NCBI RefSeq assembly: GCF_963921235.1
Contig: NC_086097.1
Coordinates: 17,732,001 to 17,796,000, forward strand
Source: Mobula hypostoma
Taxonomy: Eukaryota
Direction: 5' to 3'
DNA: 64,000 bases
The translations under genes and the position numbers were made by a program. Positions 24,275 to 37,231 of this stretch are shown piece after piece. The notes under the pieces were generated by a model, which ran no database searches, was not told the origin of the DNA, and saw only the letters and a program-made list of their open reading frames with translations. Each line of letters starts with the position of its first letter. Position 1 is the first letter of the stretch.

Positions 24275-26683
24275 GAGCTAGAACAAAACGGTGAAGGAAA
24301 GGCTGAAACAAGAACTAGCAAGCTTCAGATTTCAGCATCTGCAGTCTCTTGTGTCTGCATTGTCTATATGGACTTTAGCCAAACTTGTGCCAAGATCCCA
24401 CACAGAAAGCTAGTCTGGAAGGTTGGGATAAAGAAAGAGCTAGCCAAGTGGACATAACTGGCTTAATCACAAACATGAGAAAATCTGCAGATGCTGGAAA
24501 TCCAAAGCAATACACACAGATGTTGGCAGCACTTAGCATTTATGGAAAAAAGTAAACAATCAAAGTTTTGGGCTGACATCCTTCATTAGACTGGAAAGGA
24601 AGGGGGAAGAAGTCAGACTGGCTTAATGTTGGGAAACAGAGGGTGATGGTGGAAAGTTGTTTATCCAGTAAAGCCCTGTGACTAATGATGTGTCACAGGA
24701 ATCAGTACTAGGCCCATTGTTTGCCATTAATATAAACAATTTGGAAATGAATACACAAGGCCTGCTTAGAAATTTTGCAGAGGGCACTGAAGTGGGTCGT
24801 ATCACTAGACAATGAAGAGGTTATCAAAAATTACAGGGGGTCTTGATCAGCTAGGTAAGTGGGTCATCAAATTGCAAATGTCAATTCAGACAAGTGAAAG
24901 TATTGTATTTTGGAAAGTCATATTTTGGTAAGACTTGCACAGTGAATACTAAGGGTTTGAGTAGTGTTTAAAACAGGGACTTAGCAATACAAGTATATAG
25001 CTCTCTAAAAGTGGCATGCTAGCTTTCATAATTCAGAATACTGAGTATAGGAGTGGAGATATTATGTTGTAGTTGCACAAAATGCTGGAAGTCTACATTT
25101 GGAGTATTGTTTTCAATTCGAGTTAACTTGATAACAAGTTAACAATTTCTGACAAGATTGCTCAATGTCAGCAAAACAAAAGATTTAAAATTAACTTTAG
25201 GAAGAGGGAGGGGGTTGTGGACAGTGCAAAATGCTCCTGTCTATATCAATGGTGTTGAAGTTGAGAGGGTTGAGAGTTGCAAGTTCCTAGCAGTGAATGT
25301 CAACAATAACCTATACAACCACATATAAGCCATGGCTAAGAATGCTCACTCATGCCTTTACTTCCTCAGGAGACAAAAGAGATTTGGCATATCCCTATCA
25401 CACGTACCAACTTTTATTGATGCATCACAGATACCATTCTGTCTGTTTGCATCACACTTCAATATGGCAAGTTCTCGCCATATGAACACAAAAAAATGCA
25501 GAGTTGTGGACACAGTTCACCATGGAAACTAGACCCCTCCCCCCCCCAATCTGCTTATTCTGTCTATACTTCTTGTGGCCTCAGTAAAACAGCAGCATAA
25601 TCAAAGACCCTGCCCATTCCAGACATTCTCTCTTCTCTCTTCCATTGTGCAGAAGATACAAAAACCTGAATGCGCATACCGCTAGCTCAAGGATACCTTC
25701 TACCTGGCTGTTATAAAAGACTACTAAATGGTTCCCTAATACAGTAAAATGGACTCTTGATCTCACAGTTTACCTTATTATGATCTTGTAGCTTATGTTT
25801 ATCTGCACTATTCCTTCTTCGTAGCTGTACCCTTTATTCTGCATCCTGTTTCTGTTTAACCCTGTACTATCTCAATAATAATAGATTTTTATGAGCAGTA
25901 TTCAAGACAAACTTTTCACTGTACATTATCAGTATGTGCAACAATAATAATTACAATTCCAAATCCAAAAATACATCCTCCCAAGTTACTAGTACATCAA
26001 TAACAGGTTGATGCTCACGTAATATAATTCAAACATTAATACAATAATGCTAACTTGTTAGGTGAGTTGTGAGGACAACGTGTAATGCACACACAATGTC
26101 TAATCATGAAAGCAGAGAACTAAACTAATGTCATTGATAAAGCCAGTACCCCACTATAATTTGTCCTTGAAATTGAAACAGCACAGTAGATGAGACAGAA
26201 TCAAATCCAGCAATTTACATTATAGCCTATCTAATAGCTACCAGCAAACATGAAAGGAGACAGTAAACCCGGCAGAATAAACAAAATGTTGAGTCCTGAT
26301 CGGACTTAGGAAACCTAATTAATGAACAGAGTTCTGAAAAATAAGATGCATCAGATCTCTGTTAAAGCTGCTGAAGGAAACTAATCCCACCACTATTGAA
26401 TTCCATATTATGCACAGCACAGATACAGTGAAACAACATGCTGGTAATCATAAATCGTCTTTTAAAAAAAGAAGGTTATCTGGACAATAATTGAAAAGAA
26501 ACATGAAAACCATCAGAAGAATGAAGTGATCCATTAAGGAGAAGGATAAAGAAAACACGTTGTGATGCAGGGTATAACTAGTTCAGTAGAAAACTTCATA
26601 TTCCAGAAAGAAAGCTATTGTAGTTATATATTAAGAAGGGATCAACTGCTGCATCTGATGCAGATCAGTTATGATTTTTAAAT

Positions 26684-29600
26684 AGTCATAGTCATACTTT
26701 ATTGATCCCGGGGGAAATTGGTTTTCATTACAGTTGCACCATAAGTAATAAATAGTAATAGAAATAGTAACAGTAATACTACTATTAGTAAATAGTAATA
26801 GTCATAGAAATAATAAATAGTAATAGAATAGTAATAGAAAATAGTAATAAATAGTTAAATAATAATATGTAAATTATGCCAGTAAATTATGAAATAAGTC
26901 CAGGACCAGCCTATTAGCTCAGGGTGTCTGACCCTCCAAGGCAGGAGTTGTAAAGTTTGATGGCCACAGGCAGGAATGACTTCCTATGACGCTCTGTGCT
27001 GCATCTCAGAGGAATGAGTCTCTGGCTGAATGTACTCCTGTGCCCACCCATTACATTCTGTAGTGGATGGGAGATATTGACCAAGATGGCATGCAACTTA
27101 GACAGCATCCTCTTTTCAGACACCACCGTGAGAGAGTCCAGTTCCATCCCCACAACATCACTGGCCTTACGAATCAGTTTATTGATTCTTTTGGTGTCTG
27201 CTACCCTCAGCCTGCTGCCCCAGCACACAACAGCAAACATGATAGCTCTGGCCACCACAGACTCGTAGAACATCCTCAGCATCGTCCGGCAGATGTTAAA
27301 GGACGTCAGTCTCCTCAGGAAATAGAGACGGCTCTGACCCTTCTTGTAGACAGCCTCAGTGTTCTTAGACCAGTCCAGTTTATTGTCAATTCGTATCCCC
27401 AGGTATTTGTAATCCTCCACCATGTCCACCCTGATTCCCTGGATGGAAACAGGGGTCACCAGTACCTTAGCTCGCCTCAGGTCTACCACCAGCTCCTTAG
27501 TCTTTTTCACATTAAGCTGCAGATAATTCTGCTCACACCATGTGACAAAATTTCCTACCGTAGCCCTGTACTCAACCTCATCTCCCTTGCTGATGCATCC
27601 AACTATGGCAGAGTCATCCGAAAACTTCTGAAGATGACAAGACTCGGTTCAGTAGTTGAAGTTCGAGGTGTAAATGGTGAAGAGAAAGGGAGACAAGACA
27701 GTCCCCTGTGGAGCCCCAGTGCTGCTGATCACTCTGTCGGACACACAGTGTTGCAAGCACACGTACTGTGGTCTGCCAGTCAGGTAATCAATAATCCATG
27801 ATACCAGGGAAGCATCCAGCTGCATCACTGTCGGCTTCTCCCCCAGCAGAGCAGGGCGGATAGTGATGAACACACTGGAGAAGTCAAAAAACATGACCCT
27901 CACAATGCTCGCTGGCTTGTCCAGGTGGGCGTAGACACAGTTCAGCAGGTAGACGATGGCACCCTCAACTCCTAGTCGGGGCTGGTAGGCGAACTGGAGG
28001 GGAACTAAGTGTGGCCTGACCATAGGCCGGAGCAGCTCCAGAACAAGTCTCTCCAGGGTCTTCATGATGTGGGAGGTCAATGCCACCGGTCTGTAGTCAT
28101 TGAGACCGCTGGGGCGCGGCGTCTTCGGCACAGGGACGAGGCAGGACGTCTTCCACAGTACCGGAACCCTCCGGAGCCTCAGGCTCATGTTGAATACATG
28201 GCGAAGTACTCCACATAGCTGAGGGGCACAGGCTTTGAGCACCCTGGACCATCCGGTCCTGCAGCCTTGCTTGGGTTGAGAGGTTTCAGCTGTCTTCTCA
28301 CCCGTTCAGCCGTGAAGCCCACCGTGGTGGTTTTGTGTGGGGGAGGGGTATAGTCATGAGAGCAGGGTGGGGGACTGTGAGGAGGGGTAGGAAGGGAGAG
28401 TGGAATATGTGTTGCTTGGGGGCCGACAACAAATGGCTCTTGTGGGGGATGGACAGGGGTCACAATGTCAAATCTGTTAAAGAACAGGTTAAGTTCATTG
28501 GCCCTGTCCACACTGCCTTTAGCTCCTCTGTTGCTAGTTTGCTGAAACCCAGTGATGGTCCTCATCCCCCTCCAGACCTCCCTCATGTTGTTCTGCTGGA
28601 GTTTCCACTCAAGCTTCCTCCTGTACCTGTCTTTAGCCTCCCTGATCCTGGCTTTCAGGTCCCTCTGTATTGCCCTCAGCTCCTCCCTATTTCCATCTCT
28701 AAATGCCCTCTTTTTACATTCAGGATGTCCTTAATATCCTTTGTCACCCATGGCTTGTTATTTGAATAACAAAGGACAGTTCTTGTCGGAACATTGCAGA
28801 GTACACAGAAGTTAATGTAACCAGTGATGCATTCTGTGAGCCCATCAATATCCTCTCCATGTGGCTCACAGAGTGCCTGCCAGTCTGTCAACTCAAAACA
28901 ACCCTGGAGCGCCTCATAAGCCTCCTCCGACCATTTCCTCACTGTCCTCGAGGTTGCAGGTTTACTCTTCACCAGAGGCACGTAGCAGAGTTTTAGATGC
29001 ACCAGTTTGTGATCTGACCTTCCCAGTGGGGGGAGGGGAGAGGAGCTGTATGCATCCTTGACGTTGGCGTACATCAAATCCAGAGTCCTCTCCCCTCTGG
29101 TTGTACAGCTCACATACTGCGTGAAGTTGGGCAGTGTTCTAGCCATGGTAACCTGGTTGAAGTCACCCGAGATGGTAATGAGGACACTCGGGTGCTGGGT
29201 TTGTAATCTGGCTATGATGGTGTAAATGATGTTACACGCCGACGTCAGATTGGCAGAGGGAGGGATGTACACAACAACCACAATTGCATGCGAGATTTCC
29301 CTTGGCAAATAATATGGCCGGAGTCCAACAGCAAAAAGTTCAATATCTGGGCTACAGACACGTTCCTTGATCGTAATATACCCAGGATTGCACCATCTGT
29401 TATTTACCAGAACCGACAGCCCCCCTCCTTTGCGCTTACCGGTCTCAGTGCAATTCCGGTCAGCTGGAATGGTCTGGAAGCTCTCTATGGAAATGCTTTG
29501 ATTGGGTATGTCCTCGTTCAGCCACGTCTCAGTAAAGCACATGACACTGCTCTCCCGAAATGTTCTGTGACTCCTGACAAGCGCAGTCAGTTCAGCGATT

Positions 29601-30037
29601 TTATTCCCCAGCGATCTCACATTTCCCATTATGAGAGAGGGGAGACACGGCTTATAACTTCTCTTCTCCATAAGCTTCCGTTGTCTTGACCCGGTCCTCT
29701 TCCCTCGCCTTTTTGATCCCCCTCTGCATCCTCTGTGTGTTTTCCTCCAGATTTCAGCCAGGATGTCCGCTGCTCTGTTTGCTAAACCAGTGGGCATGAG
29801 CGCAATCAATTGGTCCCTTGAATACACAATGCGGCCATACTGCTGCCATGCTAACGAGACGTGTCCGAAAGTAACTAATTCCAGCGCTAAAAAAACAAAT
29901 AAAACTCTCTCCACCAGCATGTTAGAGAAGGTGCAGCTTCAACGTGTTACCGTGAGAAAAAAAATACAACAAATAACTAAGTTTAAAAGTAAGAAATTAC
30001 GGAGCAATTGTAACCGGCTGCATGCACAACCGGCGCA
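26684..30037 (-). mobile_element. Near full-length Rex1/Babar LINE (APE endonuclease and RT), frameshifted
   Basis: ORF 28676-29920 has GNVRSL, CFTETWL, VYIPP, GDFNQ, TLDLMY, SDH (APE motifs). RT ORFs 27649-28242 and 26914-27510. Tail with (aatagta)n repeats. Confidence 0.95.
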
Positions 30038-30684
30038 AGTTCTATTTTACAATACATTACACTTTACTTTTTTTAAGCTTTTTTGTTATCAGCCCATAAT
30101 TATTCTTTAAAATAAAACTTACTAACTAGCAGCAGAATAACCAGTAAAATGATATGGATTAAAGTATGGCATTGTTGTCAAAATAGCTTAATGCTGAGAC
30201 TAATTTGGAATGTACTTGTTCTTTGTGAGGCTTGTTTTCTGTAGTTTGGCTGTTCTATTTGCTAACACAATAAGCATCACTGTTTAAAAAACTTGTCTTC
30301 AAAGCATGCCTATATGGTGTCAAATTGTAGGCTGATCTGTGCATTTACTTAAAGGAGGCAAAAAATTGTATGAAGTTGTCCTAAAGCTTTTACATAAACC
30401 TATTGTAATCATTGTGATTTTAGCTGTTTTAACAAATAAGTAATTTGTTGGGTTTGCCAAGTAAATCAAAATTCAAATTAGCTGTCCTGTGGAATTTGGA
30501 ATTCCCAGTGCCTAATTTTTATCTGGCAGATATAATATTAATAAAAGTTTCAAGATTATACTCTAAGTAACAAGCTTTGATTTAAAGTCTGGACAGTAGG
30601 GGATTCAATGAAGTAATGCAGAATATGTCTGAGTAATTCATCTGTGGTGTTTTAACTGCTCACTGAAGATTTAATGTTTTAATA

Positions 30685-30957
30685 CGAGGGATGATTGATA
30701 AGTTTGTGGCCTAAGGTAGAAGGAGGCAATTTTAGAAAACCTAGCACATTTATTTTTCAACATAGTCCCCTCGTACATTTGCACACTTAGTCCAGGGGTC
30801 GTGGAGCATACGGATCTTGGACCTCAAGAAAGTGTCCACAGCAGGGGCGAATGATAAGTTCGTGGCCTAAGGTAGAGGGAGATGAGTTATTACCTTCAAA
30901 CTTTCTGCGTAATTGAGTCCTTCTACCTTAGGCTACGAACTTATCAATCACCCCTCG
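30685..30957. mobile_element. Mariner-type MITE
   Basis: TA|cgagggatgattgataagtttgtggcctaaggtagaagga ... tccttctaccttaggctacgaacttatcaatcacccctcg|TA. A third TIR-like copy lies inside at about 30842-30880. Confidence 0.85.
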
Positions 30958-31159
30958 TACTTTCTATTTGCAATATATTAAAGAGGTTTATAACTGCAGC
31001 TGAAGTTGAACTTTGTGCATTTAAATCAGATATTGAAGATTACAGTGAGCACTTGGAAGACCAAAAGTAAGATGATGTAAAAAAAAAAGCAGCTTGATAT
31101 CTTAAAGAGATAATCTTAAACCAAAACAAAAATCTTGAAGCAACATTTTAAAGAATAAG

Positions 31160-31160
31160 A

Positions 31161-31205
<45 letters not shown>

Positions 31206-32822
31206 TATGTGTATATATATATATGTATATGTATATATATATGTATATGTATATATATATGTATATGTATATATATATGTATATATATATGTATATGTGT
31301 ATATATATATGTATATGTGTATATATATATGTATATGTGTATATATATATGTGTGTGTGTGTATATATGTGTGTGTGTGTGTATATATGTGTGTGTGTGT
31401 GTATATATGTGTGTGTGTGTGTATATATATGTGTGTGTGTGTATATGTGTGTGTGTGTATATGTGTGTGTGTATATATGTGTGTGTATATGTGTATATGT
31501 GTGTGTGTATATGTGTGTGTGTATATGTGTATATATGTATGTGTGTGTGTATATGTGTATATATGTATGTGTGTGTATATGTGTATATATGTATGTGTGT
31601 GTGTATATATGTATATATATGTGTGTGTGTATATGTGTATATATATGTATGTGTGTGTATGTGTATATATATGTATGTGTGTGTATGTGTATATATATGT
31701 ATGTATGTGTGTGTATGTGTATATATATGTATGTGTGTGTATGTGTATATATATGTATGTGTGTGTATGTGTATATATATGTATGTATGTGTGTGTATGT
31801 GTATATATATGTATGTATGTGTATATATATGTATGTATGTGTGTGTGTGTATGTGTATATATGTGTGTGTGTATATGTGTATATATGTGTGTGTGTATAT
31901 ATGTATATATGTATGTGTGTATATATGTATGTGTGTATATGTGTATATATGTATGTGTGTATGTGTGTATATATGTATATGTGTGTGTATGTGTGTATAT
32001 ATGTATATGTGTGTATATATGTATGTGTGTATATATGTATATGTGTGTGTATGTGTGTATATGTATATGTGTGTATATATGTATGTGTGTATATATGTAT
32101 ATGTGTGTATATATGTATATGTGTGTATATATGTATATGTGTGTATATATGTATATGTGTGTATGTGTATATATGTATATGTGTGTGTATGTGTATATAT
32201 GTACATGTGCGTGTGTATATATGTACATGTGCGTGTGTATATACGTATGTGCGTGTGTATATACGTATGTGTGTATATATATATGTGTATATGTGTGTAT
32301 ATATACGTATGTATATATGTATATGTGTATATGTATGTATATATACGTATGTATATACGTATGTGTGAATATGTATGTATGTGTATATACGTGTGTATAT
32401 ACGTATGTGCATATGCGTGTGTATATACGTATGTGCATATATATGTATGTGTATATGTGTATATATATATGTATGTGTATATGTGTGTATATGTGTATGT
32501 GTATATGTGTGTATATGTGTATATATATGTATGTGTGTATATGTGTATATATGTGTGTGTGTATATGTGTATATATATGTGTGTGTGTATATGTGTATAT
32601 ATATGTGTGTGTGTATATGTGTATATATATGTGTGTGTGTATATGTGTATATATATATGTGTGTGTATATGTGTATATATATATGTGTGTGTATATGTGT
32701 ATATATATGTGTGTGTATATGTGTGTGTGTGTGTATATGTGTGTGTGTATATGTGTGATATGTGTGTGTGTATATATATGTGTGTGTGTGTGTGTGTATA
32801 TGCACACACACATAGACACACA
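31160..32822. repeat. 1.66-kb compound (TA)n/(TG)n alternating purine-pyrimidine tract
   Basis: Directly visible. Local higher-order units (e.g. gtatatatgtatatgtgt), and a central zone with tacg/tgcg variants. Confidence 0.98.
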
Positions 32823-33614
32823 CATGAACAAAATTTCAACCAATTGCTTGGATTTCCAGAATCTATGTGGGTTTTAATTATCACTGTTTCTGTTCAGAAT
32901 CAAAATCAGGTTTAATATCACTGACATATGTCATGAAATATTTTCTTTTGCTGCACAGTACATTGCAATACTGTACATAATTTTTTTAAACTATATATTT
33001 CTGTGCAAAAGTTATTTTATTGTGCTTAGTCCTAAGGTAGTTTTTCCTTGCCTCCTAATTAGATTTTTCAAATTGTCTCTGGGCTGGAAGGGCCTGTTAC
33101 TGTGCTGTCCTTCTAAATAAAATAAAATCTCTCTTGTAACTGCAATAGTATGTTACTGCTGTCACTAACTCCTGCCTTCCTGCCTGCACTCTTGCACCAC
33201 TTTCTCCTTGATTACCACCATTTATACAGAATTTTTTTTTTTTTGGATTGAAAATCTCTTAAATTGAAGAAACAGTTGTCATCTTTATGTCCATTCTTCG
33301 AAAATTGATTACTGTCATGGTTATCACAATGGCTGGTAATCTTGTTGGCTGCTAATGCATTGTTTAAACAAATCTTCAAACTTATGTTGGACTATTTCAA
33401 AGCATCCAACAACATTTGTAAACATGTTGTTTATGACTTTTTACTAGAGCTGCATTTCTGGATGTTTATTATCCTAATGGGCAGCAATTCGGATTGGTCA
33501 TCATCTGACTTTTCATTCCTACCTTGAGAATTTCCTAAAGCCCTATGTTCACTTTTGCTTATCTACCTTTTTCTTGTCCTGCTCCAACTGATAATTTTAC
33601 TATGGGGGGAGGGG

Positions 33615-34385
33615 AGCTCATGGCACAGTAGTGTAGCAGTTAAGGCTGATTTATACTTCTGCGTCAAATCAACGCCGTAGGTACGGCGTAGCTGCGAATC
33701 CTATGCAGAGCCTACGTGGATCCCTATGCTGTAGCCTGACGCGCACCTCTCTCACAATGTAACTACGCGTTGCGGCAACACAGACTGCAACAACTGTGAT
33801 TGGTCCGCTTGGTAGCATCGCATTTCCTCCTACACTGCAATAGCTTCCCATTGGGTGACTGAAGGGCAGGGAAGGAACTCTGGCTGCAATGCTTTCCATA
33901 AAGCTTTACAGACCTCTGGAATTATGGAGAACACATTTCGCTTTTACGAGAAAAGACATTTGCCTTAAACTTGTTTACCCCGAGAAAGACTACCATGACC
34001 ATGAAGCCTTGCACTGGCAGGTGTGTGCGCATGCGCGACGTGCCGGAATTGCAGAGCGATGCAGACACACCAATGCACAAGTATAAATGCTCACAACGCG
34101 CGTAGGCCACTTGTGTAGGTTACAGCGTCCATTTGACGCAGAAGTATAAATCAGCCTTTAGTGCAATGCTATTACAGCAACAGTGACCCAGGTTCAATCC
34201 ATCTGCTCTGTAAGGAGTTTGTTCATTCTTCCTGTGATCATGTAGGTTTTTCCTGGGTGCTCTGCTTTCCTCCCACATCCCAAAGACATATGGTTTAGTA
34301 GGTTAATTGGTCACGTGTGTAATTGGGTGGTGCAGTCTCTTGGGCAGCAAGTGCTGTTACTTTGCTGTATCTCTAAATAATTAAA
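33615..34385 (+). mobile_element. V-SINE (elasmobranch HE1-like) interrupted by a Harbinger MITE
   Basis: tRNA-like head tggcacagtagtgtagcagtta|gtgcaatg...ggttcaatcc and V-domain-like cctgggtgctctgctttcctcccacatcccaaagac. Confidence 0.7.
33643..34157. mobile_element. PIF/Harbinger non-autonomous element
   Basis: Perfect 27-bp TIR aggctgatttatacttctgcgtcaaat and TTA TSD (33640-33642, 34158-34160). Removing it restores the SINE head. Confidence 0.88.
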
Positions 34386-35446
34386 ATAAAACAATGAATT
34401 GTACTCACTACTGACATGGGCCAATTAGTCAGTTAATAAATCAATCCGTCTTGGACTAATGCTAAAAATTTGATTTGGGTGATAATTGAACCTTAAGACA
34501 CAATCAAGAATTTAGTATACAAGTAACCGCAAAATGAAAGTTGGGGTAGAAAAGTGCCAGTTTCTATACATTGGATCACGCTAATTTTCATAAATATGCT
34601 TTGAATTTTATAAAGTGAAGGGAAAAGCACTTGGGCTAACATGAGGAATAGGAGATCAATATTAAGTAGATATCGCTCAATTGAAGAATAAAATTGTTAC
34701 AGGTATTTGAAAATAGATTTTTTGTTATTTTAGTTAACTATTCCAATTGAAAAAAAAACTTTTCTTTCATTGACTTTTTCTAAATTTTGCAAAATATTTC
34801 TATATAGTATGATATTTATTATTAACTATTTGAAATAATTCAGTCATATTGAAATGGCATCTTCTTTTTGCTTTTCCATTTTAGTCCAAGATGAGTCATA
34901 GAGAAACAGGCGTTTGGGTCAACTGGTCCATGCTAACCAAATAGCCTATCTAAGTTTGTCCTATTTGCCTGTATTTTGCCCATATTTCTCTAAAACTTTT
35001 AAAAATATTTATCTCAGCAGAAGGACAGACTTCCCTTCCAGTCCCAGTAACATTCTTGTGAATCTTTTCACATGTATTTCAGTTGATGTCACAGCTCTTG
35101 TACTTAGTGTCCTAACAAATGAATTCAGTGCCATGCCAAATACCCCCTTCAGTACCCTGTGTACCTGTGTTGTCACTTTAAGGGAACAATAAACTTTTAC
35201 CCTGTCTCTCTATCTTACCAATTAACTAATTAGTTCTGAGTTGGTTTAGCTTACCAAACACGTTGCATTTGTCCAAGTTAAATTCCTTCTGCCATTCTTT
35301 GGACCACTTTCCCAGTTTACCTATATCCTGCTGTAATCTTAAATAATCTTCTTGACTGTCCACTATGCTACCAATTTTGGTGTCATCCACAACCTTGCTA
35401 ATCATGTCAACTGTATTATCAACTAGATGATGAACAACTGTGGACA

Positions 35447-36095
35447 TTAGATTATGAGAACACTCAGTCCTCTTTTTTGTCATTTAGAAATGCATACATG
35501 CATTAAGAAATGATACAATGTTTCTCTGGAGTGATATCACAGAAAACAGGACAAACCAAAGACTAACACTGACAGAACCACATACCTATAACATATAGTT
35601 ACAGCAGTGCAAAGCAATACCATAATTTGATGAAGAACAAACCATGGGCATGGTAAAAAAAAAAGTCTCAAAGTCCCCGAATCGATGGACTCCCGAGTCC
35701 CCAATAGCAGGCGGCAAAAGGGAGAAACTCCCTGCGATAAACCTCCAGGCACCATCAACTTGCCGATGCCTTGGAAGCAGCCGACACTGAGTCCATGTGT
35801 CCGAAAACTTCAAGCCTCCGACCAGCCTCCCGAGCGCCATCCTCTGCCAAACGCCTTCGACCTAGCCCCGCCACTGAAACAAGCAAAGCCAAGGAATCGG
35901 GGCCTTCTGCTCCGGAAATTCCGGTTACCACCCAGTAGCAGCGGCAGTGAAGCGGGCATTTCAGAAGTTTTCCAGATGTTCCTCCGTACTCTCACGTCCA
36001 TCTCCATCAAATCAGAATTCTGCACGGTCCCCTACTTGACAGATTACAGATATCATTCACCGGAGAGGCACCATCGCACCGCCATCTTCTCCTCC
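35447..36095 (-). mobile_element. Non-autonomous GC-rich retroelement-like repeat
   Basis: Minus strand starts ggaggagaagatggcgg (the aagatggcg start motif is common in Rex/L2-type elements) and has a CpG-rich body and an AT-rich tail. Sits beside CR1 fragments. Confidence 0.5.
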
Positions 36096-37105
36096 TTTTA
36101 CCATATTGCTTCCAGGGTAAGCAGGTAGCTGAATCTCCTGTATTCTAAAGCTTTTAACTTGAGTTTTTTTCCTATATAGGCTTTTGCAGAAATTGTTCAA
36201 CCTACTGAGTTTTGTCGAGCTTGAGGATTCAGTACGGCCTTGTATTTCTTCCTCCCCTCCCCCACCTTCTTACTCTGACCTCATCTTTTTTCTCCAGTCT
36301 TGATGAAGGGATTCAGCCTGAAACGTTGACTTTGCTCTTTTCCATGGATGCTGCCTAGCCTGCTGAATTTCTTCAGCATTTTGTGTGTGTGTTGCTTGGA
36401 TATCTAGCATCTGCAGATTTTCTCTTACACTATTGCTTATTCCAGATAAGGGAAAATCTGATACCTATGCTGGATGTCAAAAGTGTAAACAGATAATGTT
36501 TAGTTATCAAAATAATTATAGTTATCAACTTGAAGCATTAATACTCCCCCCCCGCCCCTGAAGTGGTGCTGTCCAATGTCCTGACAATTACCCCTGCATT
36601 TTTATTTCTATTTCTACCGCCAACAATTCTCTTAAATGTTTAAAGTATTTCTCTCCTCAAAATTCATCACACATGTCAACTACAATATTCTTTGTAATGC
36701 TCAGTATTAAAATATGTTTTGTACATTAAATACTGTTAGTATGTTTTACAATGTGTTGTGAGAAAAACGGATACAAAAACAATAGTTTAAAATATTATTT
36801 AGTACTCCAGTCAACACAGAAAAATTGGTGACATTCACTGTTGATTAGAAGACTTAATAATCTTCTAGTTAAAAACACTTAGTCAGATGATGTCTGGTTG
36901 ATTCTGATGCCAAACCACGATCCAAGTTGGGCTCAAATATTGGAAATAGTCATAATATATTTATGATAGGCTATTTGTGTAAGTCGAGTTTAAACCAGTG
37001 AAAGTATTTCATCAGAGATTCTACCATCATCTCCATTAACAGTCTAAACAAAGTAATAATTGATTTAAAATAGATGTTCACTCTATTTTATTTTAATACT
37101 TACAG

Positions 37106-37231
37106 TTATAAACGTATGTGAAGTTTCACCAAGCATTTGTGGTCCAGGTCTTTGCATCAGTCAACAAGGTGGATACACCTGTAACTGCAACAAAGGTTAT
37201 CAACTGGATGATCAGCAAAAGAAGTGTGTAG
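37106..37231 (+). CDS. LTBP2: EGF-like exon, (V)INVCEVSPSICGPGLCISQQGGYTCNCNKGYQLDDQQKKCV
   Basis: Acceptor ttttaatacttacag|, donor g|gtaaga, 126 nt, phase 1-1, six cysteines in EGF spacing. Lacks the full D-x-D/N-E-C calcium consensus. Confidence 0.93.

Noticed and set aside
27067..27801. Long + strand ORFs here and at 13660-14238
   Set aside because: Antisense shadows of the Rex1 RT frame.
31102..32915. Several 400-580 aa ORFs (HTYI- and VCYM-rich) on both strands
   Set aside because: Artefacts of the RY-alternating tract, which cannot form stop codons. No splice or domain evidence.
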